A DNA stretch of 64,000 nucleotides, taken from the NCBI GenBank assembly GCA_963789815.1, contig CAWBMG010000007.1:920079-984078 (forward strand). Reading direction: 5' to 3'. Positions 28,029-37,048 of this stretch are shown here, in pieces; position 1 is the stretch's first letter, and the number at the start of each line of letters is the position of its first letter. Under the pieces are notes generated by a model. The model did not search any database. It was not told the DNA's origin and saw only the letters and a list, made by a program, of their open reading frames with translations. The translations under genes and the position numbers were made by a program. Source of the DNA: an uncultured Acidobacteriota bacterium (GTDB lineage: Bacteria; Acidobacteriota; Vicinamibacteria; Vicinamibacterales; UBA2999).

Positions 28029-28118
28029 ATTGCCGAAAAGACGCGGCCGGTCCGAAAGGACCGGCCCTACGAGATTGCCGAAACCACGCGGCCGGTCCGA
28101 AAGGACCGGCCCTACAAG
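28029..28118. repeat. two tandem 45-bp repeats, each containing a GGCCGGTCC-GAAA-GGACCGGCC hairpin
   Basis: Units 28029-28073 and 28074-28118 differ at only 4 positions. Each has a 9-bp GC stem with a GAAA tetraloop. They lie in the divergent intergenic region between the sulfite dehydrogenase and SMP-30 genes. Confidence 0.85.
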
Positions 28119-28175
28119 TGCCGTCGTGATGCGGTATCCTGTCGCCCGGTCAGCGGCAAATCACAGGAGGGATTG

Positions 28176-29195
28176 ATGCGCACTTCTAGTTTCCTTTCAC
28201 GTCGTGACGTGCTGCGATTAGCCGGAGCGGCCAGCGGTCTGGCAGTGACTGGCGGCGTTTGCGAGGTCTGGGCTCAATCCGCGAGAAAGATCGAGTCGAT
28301 GGCGCCTGAACTCGACCGTATCATCGCGACGAGCTCGCCGATCCGCGAACTCGCGAGCGGCTATGGCGGCGATGTCGGTCCCGCCGAAGGGCCACTGTGG
28401 TGGGCGGAAGGCCGCTATCTGCTCTTCAACGACATTCAGACCGCGAGGCGGATGAAATACACGCCAGGCCAGGGCGCGAGTGTCGCGATGGAGAAGACCA
28501 ACGAAGCCAATGGCATCACCCGTGATTCACAGGGTCGCCTTGTCTCCGCCGAACATCTGACCAGACGCGTAACCCGGTACGAACCCGACGGCAGCATCAC
28601 GGTTATTGCCAACAGCTTCCAGGGCAAACGTCTGCTGCGGCCGAATGACGTGATCGTGAAGTCGGACGGCTCGATCTATTTCACCGACCCGGGCGGCAAT
28701 GCGGCTCCCGAGGAATGGGACGTGACGATCTCTGGCGTCTACCGCGTCTCGCCGGACCTCGGCTCCATGTCGCTCATCATCGACGACATGGTCAGACCCA
28801 ACGGCCTCGCGTTCTCGCCCGATGAAAGCATTCTCTACGTCGCCGACTCGCGGCGCCGCCACGTGCGTGCCTACGACGTGCAGCCAAACGGCACGGTCTT
28901 CAAGGACACAAGCCGCCTGTTCGCCGACCTGGGGGGCCCAGAGCCGGGCGTTCCCGACGGCATCAAGGTGGACACGGCCGGCAACGTCTACAGCGGTGGC
29001 GGCGGCGGCCTTTACGTCATGGACTCGAAGGGCAAGAAACTGGGGCGCATCGTCCATGGGCAACCCGCGACCACCAATGTCGCCTTCGGCGGCGATGACT
29101 GGAAGACGCTCTACTTCACCACTCGGAGCACGCTCTTTTCGGTCGATGTGAAGATCCCGGGCGTCCCGGTGCCGGCGAAGAAGCGATCAACGTGA
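28176..29195 (+). CDS. SMP-30/gluconolactonase/LRE family protein, Tat-exported
   Basis: AGGAGGG RBS and Tat-like SRRDVLRLAGAA. Blades include RPNDVIVKSDGSIYFTDPG, RPNGLAFSPDESILYVADS and PDGIKVDTAGNVY. Confidence 0.85.
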   Translation: MRTSSFLSRRDVLRLAGAASGLAVTGGVCEVWAQSARKIESMAPELDRIIATSSPIRELASGYGGDVGPAEGPLWWAEGRYLLFNDIQTARRMKYTPGQGASVAMEKTNEANGITRDSQGRLVSAEHLTRRVTRYEPDGSITVIANSFQGKRLLRPNDVIVKSDGSIYFTDPGGNAAPEEWDVTISGVYRVSPDLGSMSLIIDDMVRPNGLAFSPDESILYVADSRRRHVRAYDVQPNGTVFKDTSRLFADLGGPEPGVPDGIKVDTAGNVYSGGGGGLYVMDSKGKKLGRIVHGQPATTNVAFGGDDWKTLYFTTRSTLFSVDVKIPGVPVPAKKRST

Positions 29196-29232
29196 GCCGG
29201 CACGAGCCCACATCGCAAGGCACTTGAGTTGA

Positions 29233-29502
29233 CTAGCGGAGGAGGCCTTGAAGGCGAAGTGTCGTTGCGACCAATGCGCTGACGTAGACGATGTAGAACA
29301 CGCAGAAGGCGCTGACGACCACGGGCCCAAGGCCACGTCGCGCGATGTCGACCTGCGAAATGACACGGTCCATACTTCGCTGCTGCCCCAGCCGGGCGCG
29401 GCACAGTCGCCGCGTGCGTTCGGCGCGTTTCGGGTCAGACGCGAGCATCGGCAAACCCGCGAGAGGCTCGAGCCTCGCTTCGTCAAAGTCGCCGGACATC
29501 AT
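29233..29502 (-). CDS. putative anti-sigma factor (small single-pass membrane protein)
   Basis: 89-aa ORF whose ATG overlaps the sigma-factor stop (ATGA). It has a C-terminal TM helix GLGPVVVSAFCVFYIVYVSALVA. The call is made by position only. Confidence 0.5.
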   Translation of the reverse strand: MMSGDFDEARLEPLAGLPMLASDPKRAERTRRLCRARLGQQRSMDRVISQVDIARRGLGPVVVSAFCVFYIVYVSALVATTLRLQGLLR

Positions 29503-30086
29503 GATGTGACCTCCTTCAATGACGAGAGGCCGGGTACCTGACGAGACGCCAGGCGGTGGGCTAAGAGCGCGCGCGCACGGCTCAGGCGCTGGCGCATCGC
29601 CTCTCCCGTTACGCCGCAGATCTTGGCAGCTTCCGACGGTCGAAGACCTTCGACGGCAGTCAGGAGCAGCGCCTCTCGATAGGTGACCGGTAGCGAGGCA
29701 AGCGCTGTGTCGAGGCGTCGCTGTGCCTCGTTGGCCTCCAGTGCCTCGAATGGGGATGGTCCTCGCGAGCTGTATGGCCACAGGCCGATCAGATCGCTGA
29801 CGTGTGAATTCTCAACCAGCCGCGAGCGACAGTAGCTCACGTGCAAGTGGCGGGCGACGGTAAACAGCCATGCGCCGAGCTCGGTCTGCGGTCGAAGTCT
29901 CCGCGAATGCTTGACGAGTCGAAGCCATGTTTCCTCCAGCAAGTCCTCGGCGATATCGCGGCGGTTCGACAGCCTGGAGAGAAAGTTGAACAATCGCGCA
30001 TTGAATGTGTCGTGTATTTCGTCGAACGCGTCGGGATCGCCTGCGCGAAGGCGAGTGACAAGTTCCAGTTCGCGGGCGCGGTCCAT
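29499..30086 (-). CDS. ECF-type RNA polymerase sigma-70 factor
   Basis: Region 2 (DIAEDLLEETWLRLV, AWLFTVARH) and region 4 (YREALLLTAVEGLRPSEAAKICGVTGEAMRQRLSRAR) are recognisable. Start placed at MDRARELE. Confidence 0.85.
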   Translation of the reverse strand: MDRARELELVTRLRAGDPDAFDEIHDTFNARLFNFLSRLSNRRDIAEDLLEETWLRLVKHSRRLRPQTELGAWLFTVARHLHVSYCRSRLVENSHVSDLIGLWPYSSRGPSPFEALEANEAQRRLDTALASLPVTYREALLLTAVEGLRPSEAAKICGVTGEAMRQRLSRARALLAHRLASRQVPGLSSLKEVTS

Positions 30087-30217
30087 CCAAGTACTAACGC
30101 GGACCGACACAAAACGTGACGGCGTCACGCCCGAGGCAGCCCTGCGTTGTACACATGCGCGGCGCACCCCCTGTGGGCGCGAAGCCATTGGCGGGCACCT
30201 GCCTGGAGGTCTCGAAG

Positions 30218-30553
30218 ATGGGAGTACTCGCAAACGCCTCGATCATCGCCTTGGTGAGCATGTTCATGGGGGTTGTGCCGCTGGGCATGGGCATTGTCTA
30301 CGCCATCTGGCCCAGCGAGCAACGCCTGGCTCTAATGCGCCCCCTTTCGCTCGCTACGATCTTCGCGGCAGTCAGCGGCTCGACGCTTGGTGTGCTCAAC
30401 GTCCTTCGGGGCATGGGGATGAGCCAGTCGCCCGACTTTTCTCGTGTCTCCGCGATCGGCCTCGCCGAGTCCCTGGTGCCGATCTTCTTCGGCTTCGGCT
30501 GCCTAACCGCTGCTTGGCTGTGCGTGGCCTTGGGACTCTGGCGTCGCCCCTGA
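30218..30553 (+). CDS. hypothetical 3-4 TM membrane protein
   Basis: 111-aa hydrophobic ORF divergent from the ECF sigma gene. No family recognised. Confidence 0.45.
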   Translation: MGVLANASIIALVSMFMGVVPLGMGIVYAIWPSEQRLALMRPLSLATIFAAVSGSTLGVLNVLRGMGMSQSPDFSRVSAIGLAESLVPIFFGFGCLTAAWLCVALGLWRRP

Positions 30554-30760
30554 GTACCACGATTCGAGAAGCCGGACGACATTCTGTCGCAGCCATAAGC
30601 CATAAGCCGGCTTACGCCCTAAGCCCGTATTGAGCCTGCAGATTGAGCCGAAGCTCAGTTATGCTCTTGCGGTTCCCGGTCTACATACAGTGATTGAGCC
30701 TCGGAATGAGGTTTCTCAGAAGGAAGGTTTACCCATCTCCGGGGGCAGGCCACAGCCGTT

Positions 30761-32128
30761 ATGACGACAGACCCAAGAGACGTGATCGCCAACGCGCCCA
30801 TGAGTCGCCTGCAGGTGTTCGTCGTGGCGATCACGGTGGCCCTGAACGCACTCGACGGCTTCGACGTGTTGTCGATCAGCTTTGCCTCGCCGGGCATTGC
30901 GCAGGAGTGGGGCATCGACCGCGCGGCTCTGGGCATTGTCCTGTCGATGGAACTGATTGGCATGGCGATCGGTTCCATCGCGCTCGGCGGTGTCGCCGAT
31001 CGCATCGGACGCCGCCCGACGATTCTGGGCTGTTTGATGGTCATGGCCGTCGGCATGTTCATGGTCACGACTGTCAGCGGGCTCGTCGATCTGTCGGCCT
31101 GGCGAGTCGTGACGGGTTTTGGCATCGGCGGGATGCTGGCCGCGATCAACGCCGTCGCCGCAGAGTTTTCCAATACGCGCCGGCGCCACTTGAGCGTGTC
31201 GCTTATGTCGATCGGATATCCCCTCGGTGCCGTGGCGGGCGGCCTCGTCGCCGCACAGCTCCTGCAAGGCAACGACTGGCGGACGGTCTTTTACTTCGGC
31301 TCCGCCGTCACGGCCACTCTGATTCCGATTGTCTTCTTCCTGGTGCCCGAGTCCGTTCACTGGCTCGCACGGAAGCAACCAACCGGTGCGGCGGACCGAA
31401 TCAACGCGGCGCTGAGACGGATGGGGCACTCGGCGGCTGCGGCGTTACCTACGATACCTTCCAACTCGCAGACCCGATCGGTCGCCCACATCTTCGCGCC
31501 GGGACTCGTGGCCGTTACGACCATCTTGACGTTGGCGTACTTCTTCCACATCACGACCTTCTACTTCATCGCGAAGTGGATCCCGAAGATCGTCGTGGAC
31601 CTGGGCTTCCATCCCTCGACGGCGGCGGGTGTGTTGGTTTGGACTAACGTGGGCGGCGCCACGGGCGGCGCCGTATTCGGAATCCTGACGCAGCGCTTCA
31701 ACGTGAAACCGCTGACCATCGGACTGCTTCTGCTGTCCACCGTCATGGTCACAATGTTCGGCCGCAGCCCCGCTGATTTGCAACGTCTCTCATTCATTTG
31801 TGCGCTGGCCGGCTTCTGCACCAACGCCGGCATCGTCGGGTTATACGCCATCTTCGCGCAGGCGTTTCCTACTCACGTCCGTGCCTTCGGGACCGGGTTC
31901 GCGATCGGCGTGGGACGCGGCGGCTCGGTGCTCGCGCCGATCATCGCCGGGTTCCTCTTTACGTTCGGATACTCGCTGCCGACGGTCGGGTTCACGATGG
32001 CGCTCGGGTCACTGGTGGCCGCGGGTGTCCTCCTCTTCCTCAGGCTCGAATCCGATCGTCCCGTCGCCTCCGACCGGGAATCGAGCTTCAGCAGCCCCAT
32101 GATGACAAGGAGAGTGAATGAACCCTAA
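30761..32128 (+). CDS. MFS transporter, aromatic acid:H+ symporter (AAHS)-like
   Basis: 455 aa with 12 predicted TM helices and the MFS signature GGVADRIGRRPT. The general pattern resembles PcaK/benzoate-type transporters. Confidence 0.85.
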   Translation: MTTDPRDVIANAPMSRLQVFVVAITVALNALDGFDVLSISFASPGIAQEWGIDRAALGIVLSMELIGMAIGSIALGGVADRIGRRPTILGCLMVMAVGMFMVTTVSGLVDLSAWRVVTGFGIGGMLAAINAVAAEFSNTRRRHLSVSLMSIGYPLGAVAGGLVAAQLLQGNDWRTVFYFGSAVTATLIPIVFFLVPESVHWLARKQPTGAADRINAALRRMGHSAAAALPTIPSNSQTRSVAHIFAPGLVAVTTILTLAYFFHITTFYFIAKWIPKIVVDLGFHPSTAAGVLVWTNVGGATGGAVFGILTQRFNVKPLTIGLLLLSTVMVTMFGRSPADLQRLSFICALAGFCTNAGIVGLYAIFAQAFPTHVRAFGTGFAIGVGRGGSVLAPIIAGFLFTFGYSLPTVGFTMALGSLVAAGVLLFLRLESDRPVASDRESSFSSPMMTRRVNEP

Positions 32129-33494
32129 GAGCCTCCAGGACGTCCTGGACGCCTCCGGCAGTCCCGTAACGCTCTTGCGCAATTCCCAGACCGGACCGTA
32201 TATCTACCCGGTGGTCCCAAGCGAGTTCTCGAACTGGAGAGACGAACAGCGCGCCTGGCGGGACACGTGTATCTTGTTCAATCAGTCCTATCACATGACG
32301 GACATGTACGTTGAAGGTCCCGACGCGCTCAACGTGCTTTCCGCTCTTGGGGTGAACAGCTTCAAGAACTTCGGACCCAGCAAGGCCAAACAGTTCGTCG
32401 CCTGCAATCATGACGGTTTCGTGATTGGCGACGTCATCCTCTTTCACCTCGAAGAGAACCGGTTCAATCTCGTCGGACGTCCGTCGGTCCACAACTGGGT
32501 GCAGTACCACTGCGAGACCGGCAAGTACGACGTGCGGGTCGAGCGCGATGAGCGAACCGTCGCCAGGCCGGGGCCCATCGTGCGGAAGGCGTACCGCTAC
32601 CAGGTTCAGGGGCCGAACGCGATCCGCGTCGTCGAGAAGGTCACAGGCAAGCCGGTCCCCGACGTGAAGTTCTTCAACATGACGGAGTTTGAGATTGCCG
32701 GGCGACGTGTCCGCGCCCTGCGTCATGGGATGGTCGGACAGCCCGGCTTCGAGCTGTTCGGACCCTGGGACGATGGCGAACGTGTGAAGGCGGCGATCGT
32801 CGAGGCCGGTCAGGAATTCGGCCTCCGGCAGTCCGGCGCCAGAACCTACTCGAGCAATACGCTGGAATCCGGGTGGATCCCGTCGCCGCTTCCGGCGATC
32901 TACGCGGGAGACCAGATGAAACCGTACCGGCAGTGGCTGCCGGCGAACACCTATGAAGCCATTGCGTCATTGGGCGGCAGCTTCTATTCCGACGACATCC
33001 GCGACTACTACTTGACGCCGTGGGACCTTGGGTACGGTCATTCCGTCAAGTTCGATCACGATTTCATCGGGCGCCAGGCTCTCGAGAAGATCGCCGTGCG
33101 CCCGCGGCGCAAGAAGGTCACGCTCGTGCTGAACGCCGAGGACGTCACGCGCGGCATCAGCACGATATTCCAGCCTGGTCCCAGAACGAAGTACTTCGAT
33201 TTCCCGTCGGCCGTGTATGCCACGTTGCCGTACGACAAGGTCGTCAAGGACGGCAAGGTGATCGGCGTATCAACCTGGTGCGGGTACAGCGCCAACGAGG
33301 GGGCGATGCTCACGCTGGCGATCGTCGATGTCGAACACAGCGAACCCGGCACACAGGTTACGTTCGTGTGGGGCGAAGAAGGCGGAGGCTCGTCGAAACC
33401 GACGGTGGAGCGCCACGTGCAGCTCGACATCCGGGCGACGGTCGCACCTGTTCCGTACAGCGACGTCGCACGAACAGCGTATCGCGCAGGATGA
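32118..33494 (+). CDS. ligM: tetrahydrofolate-dependent aryl O-demethylase, aminomethyltransferase (GcvT) family, LigM/DesA-like
   Basis: AAGGAGAG RBS; the start overlaps the MFS stop. Long collinear similarity, from memory, to Sphingobium LigM (LRNSQxGxYxYPVVxxEFSNWRxEQxAWR, KFFNMxExxIAG, LRHGMxGxPGxE, NTLESGWIPSPLPAIY, WLPANxYEA, VKFDHDFIGR, RKKVTL, PVPYS). Confidence 0.8.
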   Translation: MNPKSLQDVLDASGSPVTLLRNSQTGPYIYPVVPSEFSNWRDEQRAWRDTCILFNQSYHMTDMYVEGPDALNVLSALGVNSFKNFGPSKAKQFVACNHDGFVIGDVILFHLEENRFNLVGRPSVHNWVQYHCETGKYDVRVERDERTVARPGPIVRKAYRYQVQGPNAIRVVEKVTGKPVPDVKFFNMTEFEIAGRRVRALRHGMVGQPGFELFGPWDDGERVKAAIVEAGQEFGLRQSGARTYSSNTLESGWIPSPLPAIYAGDQMKPYRQWLPANTYEAIASLGGSFYSDDIRDYYLTPWDLGYGHSVKFDHDFIGRQALEKIAVRPRRKKVTLVLNAEDVTRGISTIFQPGPRTKYFDFPSAVYATLPYDKVVKDGKVIGVSTWCGYSANEGAMLTLAIVDVEHSEPGTQVTFVWGEEGGGSSKPTVERHVQLDIRATVAPVPYSDVARTAYRAG

Positions 33495-33507
33495 CTGAGA
33501 AATTCTT

Positions 33508-34713
33508 ATGACGATCGATTCCTCCAGGCGCTGGGTGGCATTAGCACTCATGCTGGCCGGCAGCATGCTTGCGGTCGGCAAGGCTCAACAGCTCAACATC
33601 GGCGTACCCCTACCTCCCCTGGGTGCAGGGCCGTTCGTCTTCGATACCGCCGAACAGCACAAGATCCGTGTGAGCATCGTCACGAAGGGTCTCTCGCACC
33701 CGTGGAGTATTGCCTTCCTTCCGGACGGTGGAATGCTGGTCACGGAGAGGCCCGGCCGGCTTCGTCTCATCCGCGGCGGCGTGCTCGATCCGACGCCCAT
33801 CGCCGGCGTGCCTCGTGTGCGGACGGACGGCAACGGTGGCCTGATGGACGTCGCGCTCCATCCGCAATTTGCTGACAACCGGCTGGTCTACCTCACGTAC
33901 ACCAAGCCGGTTGAAAACGGCAGAGGCACACCGGCGCTCGCACGAGGCCGGCTCGAGGGCGCGGCACTCGTCGATGTTCGCGACCTTCTGGTGCCCGAGG
34001 CGTATTCCGGTAACTCAGGCCTCAACGGCCGCGTGGTCTTCGGGCGGGACGGCATGGTGTACATGTCCACCGGTGGCGGACAGGAGATCGGCAAGATCGC
34101 GCAAGACCCCGCAAGTCTGCGGGGCAAGATTCTGCGTCTCCGCGACGACGGCTCGGTGCCACCGGACAATCCGTTCGTTAGCCGCGCCGGTTACCGGCCG
34201 GAGATCTTCAGCCTCGGGCACCGCAATACGCTCGGCCTCATCGTCCACCCCGAGACGGGGGCGCTGTGGAACAACGAAAACGGTCCGAACGGCGGCGACG
34301 AAATCAACATCATTCTTCGGGGCCGCAATTACGGATGGCCGATGGTGAGTTACGGACGCGAGTATCCCGGCCCTCGCATCTCCGAGCATCCCACGCGCGA
34401 GGGAATGGAATCGCCGCTCGTCGTCTGGCTGCCTCAGATCGCGGTGGCTGGCATGGCGGTCTACACTGGCGATCGCTTCCCTGCGTGGAAGGGCAATGTC
34501 TTCGTCGGCAGCATGCGCACAGGAGGAATACCTGGAACGGGGCACCTGGAGCGCATCGTGTTCAACGCAAGAACAGAGGAGCTGCGGCGCGAGTCGATGC
34601 TCGGCGAACTCAGACAGCGCATCCGGGAAGTTCGCCAGGGCCCGGACGGGTTGCTCTATCTGCTGACGGATGAAGACGACGGCGCGCTCTTGCGCATCGA
34701 GCCAGCTTCCTGA
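33508..34713 (+). CDS. PQQ-dependent sugar dehydrogenase (soluble aldose dehydrogenase/YliI family), exported
   Basis: Signal peptide. Family blocks present: GLSHPWSIAFLPDGGMLVTERPGRLRLI, GGLMDVALHPQF, LGHRNTLGL, NENGPNGGDEINI, GRNYGWP. Confidence 0.85.
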   Translation: MTIDSSRRWVALALMLAGSMLAVGKAQQLNIGVPLPPLGAGPFVFDTAEQHKIRVSIVTKGLSHPWSIAFLPDGGMLVTERPGRLRLIRGGVLDPTPIAGVPRVRTDGNGGLMDVALHPQFADNRLVYLTYTKPVENGRGTPALARGRLEGAALVDVRDLLVPEAYSGNSGLNGRVVFGRDGMVYMSTGGGQEIGKIAQDPASLRGKILRLRDDGSVPPDNPFVSRAGYRPEIFSLGHRNTLGLIVHPETGALWNNENGPNGGDEINIILRGRNYGWPMVSYGREYPGPRISEHPTREGMESPLVVWLPQIAVAGMAVYTGDRFPAWKGNVFVGSMRTGGIPGTGHLERIVFNARTEELRRESMLGELRQRIREVRQGPDGLLYLLTDEDDGALLRIEPAS

Positions 34714-34797
34714 GCTTAAACCTGCCGGAGCGGCATTGTATCGGATGAAAGCCGTCACTCCACATGTGCGTCAAGAGATGCCGCAGGCGCGGCGGCC

Positions 34798-34963
34798 AGC
34801 GTAGAATGGCGGCGGTTTCTCAACAGCGGTGGAGCGAACGGAGTGCGCGGAGGGCACGGTTTTACACGGAGGAACGGAGTCACGGAGGCAATGTTTGTAA
34901 CGAGTAGCTTCTCCGTTCTCTCCGTTGCTCCATGTGGTGACCGTGTGCTCCGCCGGCTCCGTT
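34798..34963. repeat. palindromic ACGGAG/CTCCGT-rich intergenic repeat, copy 1 (most diverged, inverted relative to copies 2 and 3)
   Basis: Left arm GGAGGGCACGGTTTTACACGGAGGAACGGAGTCACGGAGG, an about 18-nt loop, and right arm of CTCCGT-type units. The left arm is almost the exact reverse complement of 48061-48094. Confidence 0.7.
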
Positions 34964-34993
34964 CAACGCGAGAGCGCGGCGGAGGACTGGAAC

Positions 34994-36487
34994 ATGACAG
35001 TGGATCGGCGGCGCTTTCTCGGTTCTAGCCTCGCGGTTTGGGGCGTAGCCGGCCTCGGACGGTTGCCCTTCAACGCACGCGCCGCCGCCGCGACGCAGAT
35101 GACCTTACTGACCTCGTCAGGCAAATCGCTCAGCCGCCAGTTCGCGCAGTGGGTCGTTGGCCTGCGTTACGAGGATCTTCCCGCCGCGGTTGTCGATCGC
35201 GTGAAGGGTCTGACGCTCCAAAACGTGGCTTCAGCCCTTGTCGGTTCGCAGTTGCCAGCGGGCCAGCAGGCTGTCGCGTTCGTCACCGACGAGGAAGCTG
35301 GCGTGCGAAGCGGCGTCACGATCCTGGTGAACGGGAGCAAGGTCACCAGAGGCGGCGCTGCCTTTGCCAACTCGGAAATGATGCTGGCGGGCGGCAAATG
35401 GGACACGTTCCGCATGCTCACGCATCCGGGCACGGCCATTATTCCTGCTGCCCTGATTGCTGCGGAAACGGAAGGCGCGTCGGGCCGGGACTTCATCACC
35501 GGAGTGGCAGCCGGCTACGAAGTGATGGAACGGATGGCGGCCGAATGGATTCCCACGGTCATGGCGCGTGGCTTTCACGCCGGGCCCGTGTTCAGCATTT
35601 TCGGCGCGGCGATTGCCGCCGCGAAGATTATGCGTTTTACCGAAGACCAGGTGCACGCCTCGATCTCCCTGTGCACCAACCTGGCCGGAAGCAATCTCGC
35701 AAGCCGTGCGCTGCGTGAGGGCGCCGCGGTGCGCAATGCAATGCTCGCGGTCACGCTGGCGAAGCAGGGGAAAGTTGGCGGCGGCGAAACGGTGCTCGAA
35801 GGTCCGGCAGGCTTCTATGAGGCGTACGCCGGCAACAACACAGGCCATCTCACGTACAGCTTCACCGGCGCCACCAAAACTACGCTCGACACGCTGACGG
35901 CCAGGCTGGGCCAGGAATGGATGATCCTCGAGACGCTGTATCGCATCTATTCCATCGCCGGGTACAACATCGCGCACGTCGACGTCACGGCGAGGCTCTG
36001 CGAGGAACACAACATCAGATATCAGGACGTCGATCGCGTCGAGGCCGTGGTGAACTGGCTGGAAACGCAGTACCCCAGTCCCGCGTTTCCGACGCAGCGC
36101 GAAGACATCGGCGAGCCCGGCCGCGGCAGCACGCGCTTCTACTCGGCTTACGGCGTCGTGAAGCGCGGCTTTCCGATGCTGGCCGGAACTCCCGATCCGC
36201 CTGAAGTTCTCGAGCTCATGACGCGCGTGCGGATCATCCCCTCACACCAGATGCCGCTCTTCGCCCCGCGCATCACGATCTTCACCAGGGACGGCCGAAG
36301 CTACACCAGGCAGGCGACCGGCCGCGAGTTCATCTGGGATTTCGACGAAGAGGCACGCCGTATTCGAGGCGTCGTTCCCGGCATCCCGATTCCCGAACGG
36401 CAGTTCGATGACATCGTGGCCATCTGTCGCAACCTCGATCGGCAGGACCGGGCCGACCGGCTCGTGCAGTTGACTCTGAGGGGATGA
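34994..36487 (+). CDS. MmgE/PrpD family protein with Tat signal peptide
   Basis: GGAGGA RBS and Tat motif DRRRFLGSSLAVWGVAGL. MmgE/PrpD blocks are present (QFAQWVVGLRYEDLP, NSEMMLAGGKWDTF, GYNIAH). Confidence 0.8.
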   Translation: MTVDRRRFLGSSLAVWGVAGLGRLPFNARAAAATQMTLLTSSGKSLSRQFAQWVVGLRYEDLPAAVVDRVKGLTLQNVASALVGSQLPAGQQAVAFVTDEEAGVRSGVTILVNGSKVTRGGAAFANSEMMLAGGKWDTFRMLTHPGTAIIPAALIAAETEGASGRDFITGVAAGYEVMERMAAEWIPTVMARGFHAGPVFSIFGAAIAAAKIMRFTEDQVHASISLCTNLAGSNLASRALREGAAVRNAMLAVTLAKQGKVGGGETVLEGPAGFYEAYAGNNTGHLTYSFTGATKTTLDTLTARLGQEWMILETLYRIYSIAGYNIAHVDVTARLCEEHNIRYQDVDRVEAVVNWLETQYPSPAFPTQREDIGEPGRGSTRFYSAYGVVKRGFPMLAGTPDPPEVLELMTRVRIIPSHQMPLFAPRITIFTRDGRSYTRQATGREFIWDFDEEARRIRGVVPGIPIPERQFDDIVAICRNLDRQDRADRLVQLTLRG

Positions 36488-37008
36488 GCCCTCTGACGAG
36501 CATGGCCACGACCCTCCTCGAGGAAGCCCTTGACGGCTGGCGGTTCGCCCGCGACGGCGTGATTGCCGAGCTCGAAAACATCCCCGCCGAGTCGTTCGAC
36601 TTCAGGCCCGCGCCAGGCGTGCGGACGGTGGCGGAGCTCGCGCGCCACATTGTCGAGTCGAGCATGGTCATGGTGGGGGAGCTCACGCGTCCGGATGGCA
36701 ACTTCACCCGGCAGTCGTACCCCGCGTTCCTGGCGGAACACGCAGGCCAGCTCGACCCTCGGCAGGACAAAGCCGCCTTGATCGGATTGCTGCGCCGCTC
36801 GCTCGATGATGGCGCGGCGAGGTTCCGGAGAGCTGGTGAAGTTCTGATCCTTCAGCCGATCACACAGTTCAATGGGGAGCCGGCCACTCGCTTGTCGTGG
36901 ATGAGCCACGGCGTCGCACACGAGGAGTACCATCGCGGCCAGCTGTGCGTGTACGCGCGCCTCCTCGGTCTGGTCCCGGCGTTGACGCAGCTTATTCACG
37001 GAAGCTGA
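36484..37008 (+). CDS. DinB family protein
   Basis: ATGA overlap with the preceding gene. DinB-type four-helix pattern (ELARHIVES ... HEEYHRGQL). Confidence 0.8.
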   Translation: MSPLTSMATTLLEEALDGWRFARDGVIAELENIPAESFDFRPAPGVRTVAELARHIVESSMVMVGELTRPDGNFTRQSYPAFLAEHAGQLDPRQDKAALIGLLRRSLDDGAARFRRAGEVLILQPITQFNGEPATRLSWMSHGVAHEEYHRGQLCVYARLLGLVPALTQLIHGS

Positions 37009-37048
37009 CACCTGACGTCCGGCAGGACTTCGGGGATTCTCGAGGCGT

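Noticed and set aside
27933-28175. N-terminal 81-codon extension of the SMP-30 ORF containing a duplicated TRPVRKDRPY peptide
   Set aside because: The duplicated peptide is just the translation of the 45-bp tandem hairpin repeat. A good RBS and a Tat signal start at 28176.
34717-34737. 12-mer AACCTGCCGGAG shared with 51256-51267 next to two copies of the palindromic repeat
   Set aside because: The two 12-mers lie on opposite sides of the element and one is coding, so the match is not collinear and is most likely chance.
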